Numbered from the stretch's first letter, positions 10,363 through 22,760 are shown. The stretch: DNA of 36,879 bases from Octopus bimaculoides (GCF_001194135.2 NC_068985.1:45799300-45836178); one strand, 5' to 3'. Numbers and translations are program-made. Notes: generated by a model not told the origin, from the letters alone.

Positions 10363-10682
10363 TAGAGTAAAGATTATTTGTCAACATAATCAGTGATTGT
10401 GTGTCACTTTGAAAAGTATATATTTCGAACAAGAGTTTAGTGGCGTCATCTCTAGCCAAGCAGTTATTCTGTGCTGAAGAAGAGAAATAGCCCAGAAAGC
10501 ATTGGCACGAAGCTATTTCTTTGAGCTGGATGGGGACTCTAAACTCCCTTGTTCGAAAATATAAAGAAGCAGATAGTGTGTCGTATAGCCAGCTGGAGTC
10601 TATGTTTCCTGGGGCTAAATAACAGTAATAATCGTCCTAACCAGGACTGCCACATTATGTTGGCAAAATAATCTTTACTCTA
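10363..10682. mobile_element. 320-bp MITE with ~28-bp TIRs, TA ends and an internal foldback
   Basis: tagagtaaagattattt-gtcaacataat (10363) versus attatgttggcaaaataatctttactcta (10654-10682). Confidence 0.8.
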
Positions 10683-11026
10683 GAGCACTGTTATCATTAT
10701 ATATTATTTATATGATAATATATACTCCATTTAAAGCGACTAAACCTAAACAATTGACTAAAAAAAGATGAGCTGAACTACTGGGAACTGAACACGACAC
10801 CAATGCTTACACGGCTCCGTACGCAGCCACATAGCCCACCCATCAATTTCAATCAATTTTAATGTATAGATAAATCTAGTCTAGTATATTTATTTATAAA
10901 TTTGTATATATATACACACACACACACACGCGCGCATGAATATTCATCGTCTGAAAATGTTCAGGCCTTGCTTTCTCTATTTACATGTATATGTGTATAT
11001 ATATTTTGTATTTCTAACCCAAACAG

Positions 11027-11030
<4 letters not shown>

Positions 11031-11100
<70 letters not shown>
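11031..11100. repeat. (CT)n microsatellite
   Basis: About 35 perfect units. Confidence 0.98.
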
Positions 11101-11106
<6 letters not shown>

Positions 11107-11748
11107 CATACACACACATACACGCTTATATATAAAGAGAATGAGAGTAATTGCTATAAATCCAATTCAAACCAATAAAATAAATAACGATTATAAATAC
11201 AATAATTGCTATCAGCCATTTTGTGCGGCTATCGCATAACGGTCTATAAAAGTACTTTACAAATTTGGTATCATTCTTCCGCGTGTCTCTTAGTAAACCT
11301 CAGATGACTTATTCAATAAAAACGGTCATCAGTGTGATTAAAGCTTGTATTAGTTACTAACCAACTTTGCCGGTCACTAACGAAAGTGCCTTTTCAGCAT
11401 CAGTCCAAAAGCAAACATTTCGTCTGTCACTAACAACGTCTGACACTGTTTACAGATGAGACCAATATTTATTCAACAGACCACACATGTTGACATAGCC
11501 AAACTAAATTTCTCAGTCACTGAAACAACGACAAAACGCGTACACACAAACACGCACGCACGCACGCACGCACGTACATTTTTTTGTCGACTGATTTTTA
11601 CGTAGTTCTTGTTATTACTACAGTTGACCTTTTATTCTATCTCCTTGTTGCTACTGTTGTTGTTGATTTTTTTTATTCTTCCTTTTCTTCATTATACTTC
11701 ATGTCCACTTTTCTTTTACTTTCGCGTTTTCTTCCATTTTCTCTTTCC

Positions 11749-11962
11749 TTATTGCTTTATTGCCCACAAGGGGCTAAACACAGAGGGGACAAACAAGGAC
11801 AGACAAAGGGATTCAGTCGATTACATCGATCCCCAGTGCGTAACTGGTACTTAATTTATCGACCCCGAAAGGATGAAAGGCAAAGTCAACCTCGGCGGCA
11901 TTTGAACTCAGAACGTAACGGCAGACGAAATACACGCTAACGTTTCTGCCAGCTCGCCACCT
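11749..11962 (-). mobile_element. SINE family A (tail type 1) with 12-bp TSD
   Basis: TSD ttttctctttcc at 11737-11748 and 11963-11974. The copy has an internal head deletion. Confidence 0.9.
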
Positions 11963-12700
11963 TTTTCTCTTTCCAACTTCATTCTTACTTCTTTCTTCGT
12001 TTTCATCTTCTACAGCTTTTCACTTCTTCTTCCTTTTCTTCATCTACTTATTCTCCAGTCTCCATTCTCTTTCTCATTTTCTTCTATTATTCAATCTACC
12101 TTTTTCTCTTTTTCTCTTTCCTTCTTTATTCTTACCTCTCCTTCGTCTTCTGCCTTTTTCTCTTTCTCCTTATCTTCTTGTCTTTCTCCTTATCTTCTTC
12201 TCCTCTCCCATCCTTCACCCCCACCTCCCTCACTCTTACTTTCTCCATCTTTCTTCTTATTCCCATTAATCACTTCTTTCATTTTCTTCCCTCCCCACCT
12301 ACCATCTGCTTTTGTCTTCTGTTACGAGTCTTCTCATTTATCCAAATTTCTTCTTCTTCTTCTTCTTCTTCTTCTTCTTCTTCTTCTTCTTCTTCTTCTT
12401 CTTCTCCTCCTCCTCCTCCTTCTATTTCTTCTTCTTCGTCCTTCTACACACTCCTCTTATTTTCCTCCTCCTCCTACCCTCCTTCCTCTCCTCTTCGTTC
12501 TTTTCTACTTCCTCCTCCTCCTCCTACGTATTCCTCCCCCTTCTTTTCTTCCACCTCCACCTTTTCCTTCATTTTCTTCTTTTCTACATATTTCCCTTCA
12601 TCTTTTCTCCTCCGTCCCCTCTTCCTTCTCTTCTTTTCTTCTCTCTTATTTCTTTTCACCGTTCTCTTCTTTATTTTCTTTGTCTACTTTTCTCTTCTTG
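11963..12700 (+). repeat. ~740-bp polypyrimidine tract including (TTC)n-(TCC)n
   Basis: Strongly C/T-biased + strand; pure ttc run about 12347-12404. Confidence 0.95.
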
Positions 12701-12774
12701 ACGTTGTTGTTGTTCTTGATGATGACAGTGATGGTGATGGTGACAATGTTTTCGTTGTTATTACCATTGCCGAA

Positions 12775-13205
12775 GGCAGCGAGTCGGCAGAATCGTTGGC
12801 ACGCCGGGCGAAATGCTTAGCGGTATTTCGTCTACCGTTACGTTCTGAGTTCAAATTCCGCCGAGGTCGACTTTGCCTTTCATCCCTTTCGGGGTCGATA
12901 AATTAAGTACCAGTTACGCACTGGGGTCGATGTAATCAACTTAATCCCTTTGTCTGTTCTTGTTTGTCCCCTCTATGTTTAGCCCCTTGTGGGCAATAAA
13001 GAAATAAGAATCGTTAGTACGCCGGGCGAAATGCTTAGCGGAATTTCGTCTGCCGCTACGTTTTGAGTTCAAATTCTGCCGAGGTCGACTTTGTCTTTCA
13101 TCCTTTCGGGGTCGATAAATTAAATATCTGTTACGTACTGGAGTCGATCTGATCGACTAGCCCCGTCCCCCAAAATTTCAGGCCTTGTGCCTTTAGCAGA
13201 AAAGA
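12775..13205 (+). mobile_element. SINE A dimer (tail 1 copy plus 5'-clipped tail 2 copy) enclosed by one 17-bp TSD
   Basis: ttattaccattgccgaa (12758-12774) versus ttattactattgtcgaa (13206-13222). Confidence 0.8.
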
Positions 13206-13225
13206 TTATTACTATTGTCGAAAAA

Positions 13226-13413
13226 GTTGGCGAACTAGCAGAATCGTTGGCACGCCAGGTAAACATGCTTTGCAGTGTTTCGTATTCCTTTATGTTGAGG
13301 TCGACTTTACCTTTTATCTTTTGTGGGTCGATAAAATAAGTACTAGCTGAGCACTGGGGCTGATCTAATCGACTTATCCCTCCCGCAAAATTACTGAGTT
13401 TGAGCCAAAATTT
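13226..13413 (+). mobile_element. Older degenerate SINE family A copy
   Basis: gcagaatcgttggcacgcc...gaggtcgacttt...gggtcgataaaataagtac. Confidence 0.8.
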
Positions 13414-13533
13414 GCTGCTGTCGACTATGGTAATTAGTTAGCCGTAACCGCTAGCCAACTATAATTACTGGTCGTCGAACCATTGGTCAGTTGTTTCAAT
13501 TTGTCATCTACAACCTGTAGCCAACTAAAGTTT

Positions 13534-13749
13534 TTAATCTTTTAGTATTTAAACTGGCCATATTCAGCCCAAATATTCTACCTGCATTATGTTCAAACTC
13601 TCACGCCATCCCTATTCTATAATTCTAAAAATTAACAAATACCTCATGAAAATTTCAAAGCTAACAAAGGTAATACATAATTAATTCGAAACAATGTGAA
13701 TAAATTAAGTATTACTTCTGACAGAATAATTTGGACACTAAAGGGCTAG
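13534..13749. mobile_element. piggyBac-like MITE (degenerate)
   Basis: Ends ttaatcttttagt and actaaagggctag resemble TTAA-CCCTTTAG TIRs. The interior resembles an octopus MITE as I recall it. Confidence 0.55.
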
Positions 13750-14097
13750 AAGGATTTCTAAAAGAATTTGAACGCTTCGACTGCGTTCTGTGCGCTTGCC
13801 CTTAGTCTTCGAGAAAAGAGAGACAGATAGACAGAGAGAGACAGAGAGAGAGACACACAGAGAAAGACAGAGTGAGAGCGAGAGAGAGAGAGAGAGAGGG
13901 GCAGGGAGGGAAGGAATGGTATGGCTATTTTGATTGTTAACTAGTGTGGGACTGAAGCGTAGGAGTCATGTGGGTAGGTGAGGGTAGGGGCAGAGCGGGT
14001 ATAATCATTGGTTCCCATTATAAATCACATTTTTTTTTAATGACTGCATTTTTTTTCCATATTTAATAGTTATATGAACGAGAGACATCGGTTGCAT

Positions 14098-14098
<1 letters not shown>

Positions 14099-14185
<87 letters not shown>

Positions 14186-14390
14186 TCCTTTCTATTATAG
14201 GCACAGGGCCTGGAATTTATGGGGAGGGGGACCAGTCAATTACATCGACCCCAGTGAGTAACTGGTACTTATTCATCGACCCCGAAAGGATGAAAGCCAG
14301 AGTTAGCATCGGTAGAATTTGAACTCAGAGCATAAAGACGAACGAAATCATTTTGCCCCGCATGCTGGCGGTTCTGCCAGCATGCCGCCT
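14099..14390 (-). mobile_element. SINE family A (tail 2) with long (ATT)n tail
   Basis: Head at 14390, tail microsatellite at 14099-14182. A tail-3 fragment follows at about 14425-14475. Confidence 0.85.
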
Positions 14391-15140
14391 TAACAACAAC
14401 AACAACAACAATGATGATAATAATAATGGTTTCAAATTTTGGCACAAAGCCAGTAAGTTCGTGGAGAAGGGCTAATAATAATGTAGTAACTATTTTATTA
14501 GTAGCTAAATTGTCAGGACTGAAAAGAAATTGCTATTGTGGTAGCTTTTGGTTGCTATGGTGACGTCGCCAGAATGAAAACTGACCCCTGTAATTATAGA
14601 CTCACTGGTCACTACATGTCAAAATCCGTCTGTTTGTGTGTCTGTACATTACAGTGTGTATAAGTGTGCGTGGTTGCGTTTTGTATATTTGTATGAGTAA
14701 GCGTTTGTGTTTGCGCTTATTTGAATTATATTGCGTGAAGCAGACAATATAACAACGGCGACAACGACGGTATAACTACAATAAGAACAATGGTTTCTAA
14801 CCTTTATAACAATGCCACATATTTAAGAGTAGAACGAATTCGTTCAAACTGACCCCTCTACTTAAAGGGAGTGAAGTCACATAAACTGATCTCCATACTT
14901 AAGGGAGTGGTGTACAGTCAATTATTGCGACCCACAGCTTTACTTATCCTTAAACTATCGACCTTCGGACAGAAGGAGAGCTGACCCTTGTGAAGTTTAA
15001 ATTAAGGGGAGGAGGGAAAAGCGAAGGTTTGATTAAGAGGTTTACGAAGTTCCTTTCGTAAGTGTATGGATCCGAGATCGGTCTTACTCTGTGGGACTTT
15101 GGCCTTACTCTGTGGGACTTTGGCCAAGTGTCTGCTACTA

Positions 15141-15362
15141 TACGAGAAGGCACTGAAAAGTTTCTAGCTTTGGGTAAAAGAAAATACAAGAAGCTCAGTT
15201 AATTATGATTTTATTCAATATATTCTCCTCTCAGATTCACACACTTATTGCCGCGGCCCCTCAGTTTTTTTGGGGTTTTTTAAGTCCTGTAAAAGAACTT
15301 TAGCTTCCAACAAGGCATTTTGGAAAACTTTTGAAGTGAGGAACTTTTCAGCACCTTCTCTT
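15141..15362. mobile_element. Tc1/mariner-type MITE, copy 1
   Basis: TIRs TAcgagaaggcactgaaaagtttct and aggaacttttcagcaccttctc. The interior is shared with copy 2. Confidence 0.8.
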
Positions 15363-15462
15363 GTGTGTGTGTGTGTGGTGAGTGCGTACGTGCGTGCGTG
15401 TGTGTGCACGCGCGCATGTGTGTGTATATGTGTGGTATGTGTGTGTCTATGTGTGTGTGTGT

Positions 15463-16078
15463 GTGCTGAAAAGTTCCTGGTTTTGAGTAAACACAGGAAG
15501 ATCAGTTAATTATGATTTTATTCAACATATACCCCTTCACAGATTCACACACATATTGCAGCGGTCCTTAAATCTTTTTTAAGCCCTCCTTTACTCTTTT
15601 ACTTGTTTCAGTCATTTGACTGCGGCCATGCTGGAGCACCGCCTTTAGTCGAGCAAATCGACCCCAGGACTTACTCTTTGTAAGCCTAGTACTTATTCTA
15701 TCGGTTTCTTTTGCCGAATCGTTAAGTTACGGGGACGTAAACACACCAGCATTGGTTGTCAAGCGATGTTGGGGGGACAAACACACACACACACATATAT
15801 ATATACATATACATATATACGACGGGCTTCTTTCAGTTTCCATCTACCAAATCCACTCACAAAGCTTTGGTCGACCCGAGACTATAATAGAAGGCACTTG
15901 GCCAAGGTGCCACGCTGTGGGACTGAACCCGGAACTATGTGGTTGGTAAGCAAGCTACTTACCACACAGCCACTCCTGCGCCTATAACTTACCACACAGC
16001 CACTCCTGCGCCTATAAAAGAACTCGGAAGGTTGGGCTCCCAGCCAGGCCTTTCGCGACACCCTTAAAGCTCCTTGTA
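15463..16078. mobile_element. Same MITE, copy 2, split by a SINE C insertion
   Basis: 15463-15587 (...aagccct) resumes at 16015 (taaaagaactc...). Copy 1 reads aagtcctgtaaaagaact uninterrupted. Confidence 0.75.
15588..16016 (-). mobile_element. Full-length SINE family C with a duplicated 5' end
   Basis: Near-identical to 30723-31110, with an internal (CA)/(TA) microsatellite. A 30-bp tandem duplication occupies 15957-16016. Confidence 0.92.
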
Positions 16079-16130
16079 ATCAATGCCATGTGAACAAAAC
16101 TTGGTACAGGAGAGCAGGCCAGTGCATAGC

Positions 16131-16530
16131 ATATACGACGGGCTTTCAATTCATACGGCATGGGTCGATCCGAATCTCTAGAAGTTAAATACTCTCCTTA
16201 AGCGCCACGGAGCGGGACCAAAACTTCAGTCATGTGGTTTCGAAGTGAAATTCTTAACCAACAACCAATGTCTATAATGTATGTGTCTTTTACCATTTAC
16301 TCATTTCACTCATTGGACTGCGACCATACTGGAGCACCGGTTTGAAAGATTTAGTCAAATGGATCATAGTAGCTTGGTTTTGTTATTTTGTTTTGTTTAT
16401 TTCTCTTCTTTTTTGAAAGTTTGGTTCTTATTTTACTGATTACTTTTTGCCGAACCGCTACATTACGGGAACGTAAACACACTAACACAGGTTGTCAAGC
16501 GGTAGTGGAGGATAAACACAAACACAAAGT
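16131..16530 (-). mobile_element. Two degenerate SINE C fragments (5' half 16131-16266, 3' half 16289-16530)
   Basis: tatacgacgggctt...; gactgcgaccatactggagcacc; gccgaaccgctacattacgggaacgtaaacac. Confidence 0.7.
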
Positions 16531-16564
16531 CACAAACACACGCACACACATAAATGTATGTATG

Positions 16565-16595
<31 letters not shown>

Positions 16596-16696
16596 GAAAC
16601 ACGAGTCGGACTAGAATCTAACGTGAATTTCATGAGAATAACACTGATAAACAAGTTTGGAAGATGCATAATTCTCCATTCTTTTTTATAATGTGT

Positions 16697-16740
<44 letters not shown>

Positions 16741-17729
16741 TAAGGTGTTTGTTTTAGTGTGTATGTGTTTAGATGTTTGTTTTAGTGTGTGCGTGTGAGA
16801 AAGTGAGAGAGATAGACAAACAGACAGAGGGAGGAGGAGGGTTAGAGAAAGATAAATATGTTATATGNNNNNNNNNNNNNNNNNNNNNNNNNNNNNNNNN
16901 NNNNNNNNNNNNNNNNNNNNNNNNNNNNNNNNNNNNNNNNNNNNNNNNNNNNNNNNNNNNNNNNNNNNNNNNNNNNNNNNNNNNNNNNNNNNNNNNNNNN
17001 NNNNNNNNNNNNNNNNNNNNNNNNNNNNNNNNNNNNNNNNNNNNNNNNNNNNNNNNNNNNNNNNNNNNNNNNNNNNNNNNNNNNNNNNNNNNNNNNNNNN
17101 NNNNNNNNNNNNNNNNNNNNNNNNNNNNNNNNNNNNNNNNNNNNNNNNNNNNNNNNNNNNNNNNNNNNNNNNNNNNNNNNNNNNNNNNNNNNNNNNNNNN
17201 NNNNNNNNNNNNNNNNNNNNNNNNNNNNNNNNNNNNNNNNNNNNNNNNNNNNNNNNNNNNNNNNNNNNNNNNNNNNNNNNNNNNNNNNNNNNNNNNNNNN
17301 NNNNNNNNNNNNNNNNNNNNNNNNNNNNNNNNNNNNNNNNNNNNNNNNNNNNNNNNNNNNNNNNNNNNNNNNNNNNNNNNNNNNNNNNNNNNNNNNNNNN
17401 NNNNNNNNNNNNNNNNNNNNNNNNNNNNNNNNNNNNNNNNNNNNNNNNNNNNNNNNNNNNNNNNNNNNNNNNNNNNNNNNNNNNNNNNNNNNNNNNNNNN
17501 NNNNNNNNNNNNNNNNNNNNNNNNNNNNNNNNNNNNNNNNNNNNNNNNNNNNNNNNNNNNNNNNNNNNNNNNNNNNNNNNNNNNNNNNNNNNNNNNNNNN
17601 NNNNNNNNNNNNNNNNNNNNNNNNNNNNNNNNNNNNNNNNNNNNNNNNNNNNNNNNNNNNNNNNNNNNNNNNNNNNNNNNNNNNNNNNNNNNNNNGTGTG
17701 TGTGTGTGTGTGTCTTTGTGTTTGTACTT

Positions 17730-17878
17730 GTCTCTCACCAACGATGTTGGTGTCATTATGTCCCCCGTAACGTAGAGGTTCGGTAAAGAGATCGATAGAA
17801 TAAGTATTAGGCTTTAAAAAATATGTCCTGGAATCGCTTTGTTCGACTACAAAATCCTTCAAGGTTTTGTCCCCCAGC
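17730..17878 (+). mobile_element. SINE C 3' fragment
   Basis: gatgttggtgtc...ccccgtaacgtagaggttcggtaaagagatcgatagaataagtattaggc. Confidence 0.7.
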
Positions 17879-18284
17879 AAGTATATAGCAGCTGCATTTG
17901 GTATTGTCTTATGGAAGCGTCAAACATGAAGACGATGAATACAATATTGTTTAATGTAGCGGCTGCATGTGATATTGTTTGATGAAAGCATCAAACACGA
18001 AGATGATGGATACAATATTGTTTGATGGAAACAGTAAGTACTTGCATATAGTGGCCACATATGATATTGTCTGATGGAAGCGTCAAACATGAAGATGATA
18101 GACACAATATTGTTTGATGGAAGGCTACACGTAATATTGTTTGTTGTAGATGAATGCTATAGACACAATACTGTTTGATGGCGGCAGTGATTATATAGAG
18201 GCCGCACAAAATATTGTTCGATGGCGGCATCAAACGTGAAGACGATACACACAATTGTGTTTGACGGAAAGAGCAAGTATATAG
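17875..18284. repeat. Tandem array of five ~70-90 bp units, four with an internal hairpin; sixth outlying unit at 18647-18730
   Basis: Recurring aatattgtttgatgg and tcaaacatgaagatgat. tcaaac starts at 17920, 17991, 18083 and 18230. Confidence 0.85.
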
Positions 18285-19096
18285 ATTTAATATAAACCTT
18301 TCTCTTCATATGATGTAACAGCCATCGGCGACTTTTCACCGCTGTTCTCAGCTCTGGATTTCTTTTCTGCTGCTCTCTAGTTTGATCGCTGCTTTATCAA
18401 CTTTTTCTCTATATCTTTGCAGGCTTCCTTTCGGAGTTTGTTGCATCTAGTCATATATTTTCCCTAGGGAAAAGCCTTTCTCTCCCTTGTTTCGTTGGTT
18501 TTGAATTGTCATCGGTGCTTCCGTAACTTTTCATCTTTTTAAATCGGGTTGTTGGCCCTACACAAACCCATTTTAACTTTAGGAAATGACGTTTCATATT
18601 AGTCTGGGAATTTGTCCATTTAACATTCCACGGGCATAGATCTCAAGATTATTTGTCTGATGGATGCAACAAACATGAATATTATAAGAGCAATAGTGTC
18701 GTCTGATTGAAACAGCAAGTATTCATAGTGATATAGTCAGATATTTTAAGTAATTTTAATGACAGTGACTTCGAAGTTTCGGTGGACATATCTACACACA
18801 TCTTTCACAGACACACACGTACTCAGATGGATACATATCTATACATGATTACACACTAGTGCATACATACACACACGCACGCGCATACACACACACATAC
18901 AGACACACGCACACGCACACACATGTATAGTGAGGAGATAATGTAATGTATGCATGCATAGATGCATGCTTATATACACATGGTAGTATTAGTCAACCAG
19001 CATCTGCTAAAACAACAGCAGCAACAATAAGAAGTGCATGAAAGTATTTTTATCAGGCTCACTTACTAACTCTGTCACCCACTGCATTGATAATAA

Positions 19097-19310
<214 letters not shown>

Positions 19311-19965
19311 AANNNNNNNNNNNNNNNNNNNNNNNNNNNNNNNNNNNNNNNNNNNNNNNNNNNNNNNNNNNNNNNNNNNNNNNNNNNNNNNNNNNNNNNN
19401 NNNNNNNNNNNNNNNNNNNNNNNNNNNNNNNNNNNNNNNNNNNNNNNNNNNNNNNNNNNNNNNNNNNNNNNNNNNNNNNNNNNNNNNNNNNNNNNNNNNN
19501 NNNNNNNNNNNNNNNNNNNNNNNNNNNNNNNNNNNNNNNNNNNNNNNNNNNNNNNNNNNNNNNNNNNNNNNNNNNNNNNNNNNNNNNNNNNNNNNNNNNN
19601 NNNNNNNNNNNNNNNNNNNNNNNNNNNNNNNNNNNNNNNNNNNNNNNNNNNNNNNNNNNNNNNNNNNNNNNNNNNNNNNNNNNNNNNNNNNNNNNNNNNN
19701 NNNNNNNNNNNNNNNNNNNNNNNNNNNNNNNNNNNNNNNNNNNNNNNNNNNNNNNNNNNNNNNNNNNNNNNNNNNNNNNNNNNNNNNNNNNNNNNNNNNN
19801 NNNNNNNNNNNNNNNNNNNNNNNNNNNNNNNNNNNNNNNNNNNNNNNNNNNNNNNNNNNNNNNNNNNNNNNNNNNNNNNNNNNNNNNNNNNNNNNNNNNN
19901 NNNNNNNNNNNNNNNNNNNNNNNNNNNNNNNNNNNNNNNNNNNNNNNNNNNNNNNNNNNNNNNNN

Positions 19966-20048
<83 letters not shown>

Positions 20049-20788
20049 ATGTATGCATAAAACACTAACAACGATAATACCAGCAGGCGTATACACAGTG
20101 AAAGAGACATGTATGTACGTGAAGTTGTCTTGGCTGGCTGCCTAGTTGGAATGGAAATATGTGGAGATGCAGAGATGCAGAGATGCAAAGATGCTGAAAC
20201 GTGGAGACGCACGATAGATAAGCGAGAGAATGGTTATCAGGTCAGATGTTGGGTAGGGTTAGGGGCTTCTTTTACCGGCTTCCCTACCCTTTAAAAAACA
20301 ATAATAATAAAATGAAATAAAAAATACGGTCGGGTAAAATAAGCAAAATAAGTTTAAGAAAAAAAATAGAAATAGAAATAGAAAGAAAAGAAGATGGAAG
20401 CTATGTCAATGTTTACAAGGGATTATGAAGTGGCAGCTCTGTTGTAATTATATAAACATTTCTAAGCATGTCTGCAAAGCAAGGATTGATCCTGGTTGGT
20501 CATTGGGAGTCACATTTTGCTTTGTTTATCGGAACAGCAAACCAACGAGCGACCTCGACAGAGGCAAACACACACACACACAGTGACATGCCTGTGTGCA
20601 CACGTACAGACGTACACATACACACTCACACACATACTCACATGCAAGCATGCTTAGACATGAAATACAGGTTAGTAAATATACACCAAAAAAAAAGTTG
20701 TATTTGTATAAATACTAGATGTATGCATGCTTTTATTCATGCTTTTATGCATGCATACGTGTGTGTGTGTGCGTGTATTTATATATTC

Positions 20789-20821
<33 letters not shown>

Positions 20822-21231
20822 TGTATGTATGCATGTATGTATAAATATATATTATATATATCCTTCTCTTTCTTTCTCTCCCCACCTCTCTCGCTCTCTA
20901 TCTATCTCTCAGTGAAGCTACATTAGTTATTCGAGGACCACGAGTTTCGCGTAAAAATCTTACGAGACCTAAGTTATGCACTTATCTTCACTAATCTACA
21001 TGTACACCCACATTCATTTATACATACATACATATGCACACACACACACACACACACATTTATACACACACAGATATACATATACACATGCATAAGAAAC
21101 AGAAAGCTCGAATGATACAAGCATGCTTATATGTATGTATTTACAGAGATACGTAACACAGAACACATATATACGTACATACACACACGCACATACACTG
21201 ACATACATGCATGCATATACACATATACATA

Positions 21232-21400
21232 CAGTGCTGTCTTAAGGCATAGACACTCTAAGCAGTTGCCCAGGGGCCTAGTGAGTCTAGGGGCCCAATT
21301 CTGATCTTTGTATGTTGTGGCTTGATGTCAACAAATTGATACTATAGGGCTCAGTGTATTGATTAACCCGGGGGCCCATAATGCTGCTAAGACGGCCCTA
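21232..21400. mobile_element. hAT-like MITE inside (TACA)n
   Basis: Termini cagtgctgtcttaag and ctaagacggcccta (CAGGGCCGTCTTA-type TIR). Confidence 0.6.
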
Positions 21401-21415
21401 CATACATACATACAT

Positions 21416-21446
<31 letters not shown>

Positions 21447-22496
21447 TACATACATACATACATACATACATACATACATACATACATACATACATGATGG
21501 CTGTCTACTCATTAGACGAGCTTGACTATCGTCGACAAATGTTAGTAATGCCCGTGCAAGTGTTTTAAACAGAGTACGGCTAGCACAACACCACAAAGAC
21601 ACTCACTAGCAATATTAAGAAGCCCAGAGGCAAACAAAGTTCAGTTGAGCAGCAGGTTTTATGTACGAGTTAGCCTTCTCTTAGAAGAAGGGTCGGCGAA
21701 CCGGGGTAAATTAACTTAAGTGGAGTTAAAATGAAAATCTTGAGAGTAATGAGTACTCGTTAGGCATACGTAACATCATATTTAAAAAACGTGTTCCTTG
21801 TTACGTCAGAAAGTCTTCTTCTGACAACACTGCATATGTCCAATGTAACGGATGTGTTTAGGAGACGGCACGCCATTTTGAACTACAAATAATTTGGTTG
21901 CTAAGGTGTTGTCAAGTGACTAAACATATTATTTGTCAGTTGTCTATTACCCGCCTTAACCTTATTTTTTGACACACGTGTTTTTGCTTTGTTTAAGTAT
22001 ATTTAAGTAGTTATTCAATTCAATCCTTTAGCAAAATTGATTGGCCCTCGAAAACTGTATCCAAATTGCTCTGGCATAGATGCCCCAATTCTGATGTAAT
22101 TGGAACTAAAAGGAAACATCATTTTTTCCAAAACCTGAAGTGAAAGAGTTTACAGAAAAATCCTTTTGTTTCATAATGAGGATATTAATTTATTTTATCG
22201 CATTTGTTTTATACTTTTTATATTTATAATTATATTCTCCATATAAATAAATTCAATAAAACGTTTGAATTCAAAGAATCTATGATTTTCTTCTTTTCAA
22301 AGCAAGGGGGTAACGTCGGAGTGAATAACTATATTTTGGAGTAACTTGTTAAAAAAAGCTCCCCGACCGCTGTCCTAGAAGAATGCCTTGACAAAGATCA
22401 AGAGTCCCTCATTCCCAGTGGACTTGCTGCAACTTCCCTTGAACACTAACCCAGTATTTCTACGCCCCGGCGTACGTACATGCATACATACAAGTC

Positions 22497-22760
22497 CAAG
22501 GAAAAGAAAACATTTATGATGAAAGCATGCGGAAGTTACAGCTCTTGTACCTTACTATAAGTTCTTTGGGTTATGTATCAATAAATTTGCGCAAAAAACT
22601 AGAAATGTTTGGTTTCATGGAGAAAGAGCAAAAGAAACTGACGCGTATTTTCCAAATCCAATCTATTAGTGAGTGGCACAGTGAAGATCTGTAAGATATT
22701 CCAAAGATTCTCCATCTGAAATTTTTATGTGAAAGATGCACACACTTGGATGTGTGCATC
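22497..22760 (+). mobile_element. Second RLE-type non-LTR retrotransposon 3' end (different family)
   Basis: GKENIYDESMRKLQLLYLTISSLGYVSINLRKKLEMFGFMEKEQKKLTRIFQIQSIS, a 4-nt insertion at 22671-22674, then GTVKICKIFQRFSI* (stop 22717-22719). A 10-bp hairpin follows. The pattern matches R2-group C-termini as I recall them. Confidence 0.65.

Noticed and set aside
12178-12906. 242-aa Ser/Phe/Pro ORF
   Set aside because: The pyrimidine tract lacks stop codons by composition, and the ORF ends in SINE sequence.
17875-18284. CRISPR-like reading of the palindromic array
   Set aside because: The inter-hairpin segments are homologous to each other rather than unique spacers. There are no cas genes and the context is an animal genome.
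18458-18473. 16-bp palindrome ttttccctagggaaaa (also a 14-bp palindrome at 31512-31525)
   Set aside because: Isolated, with no element ends or other context. The latter is the wrong polarity for a piggyBac junction.
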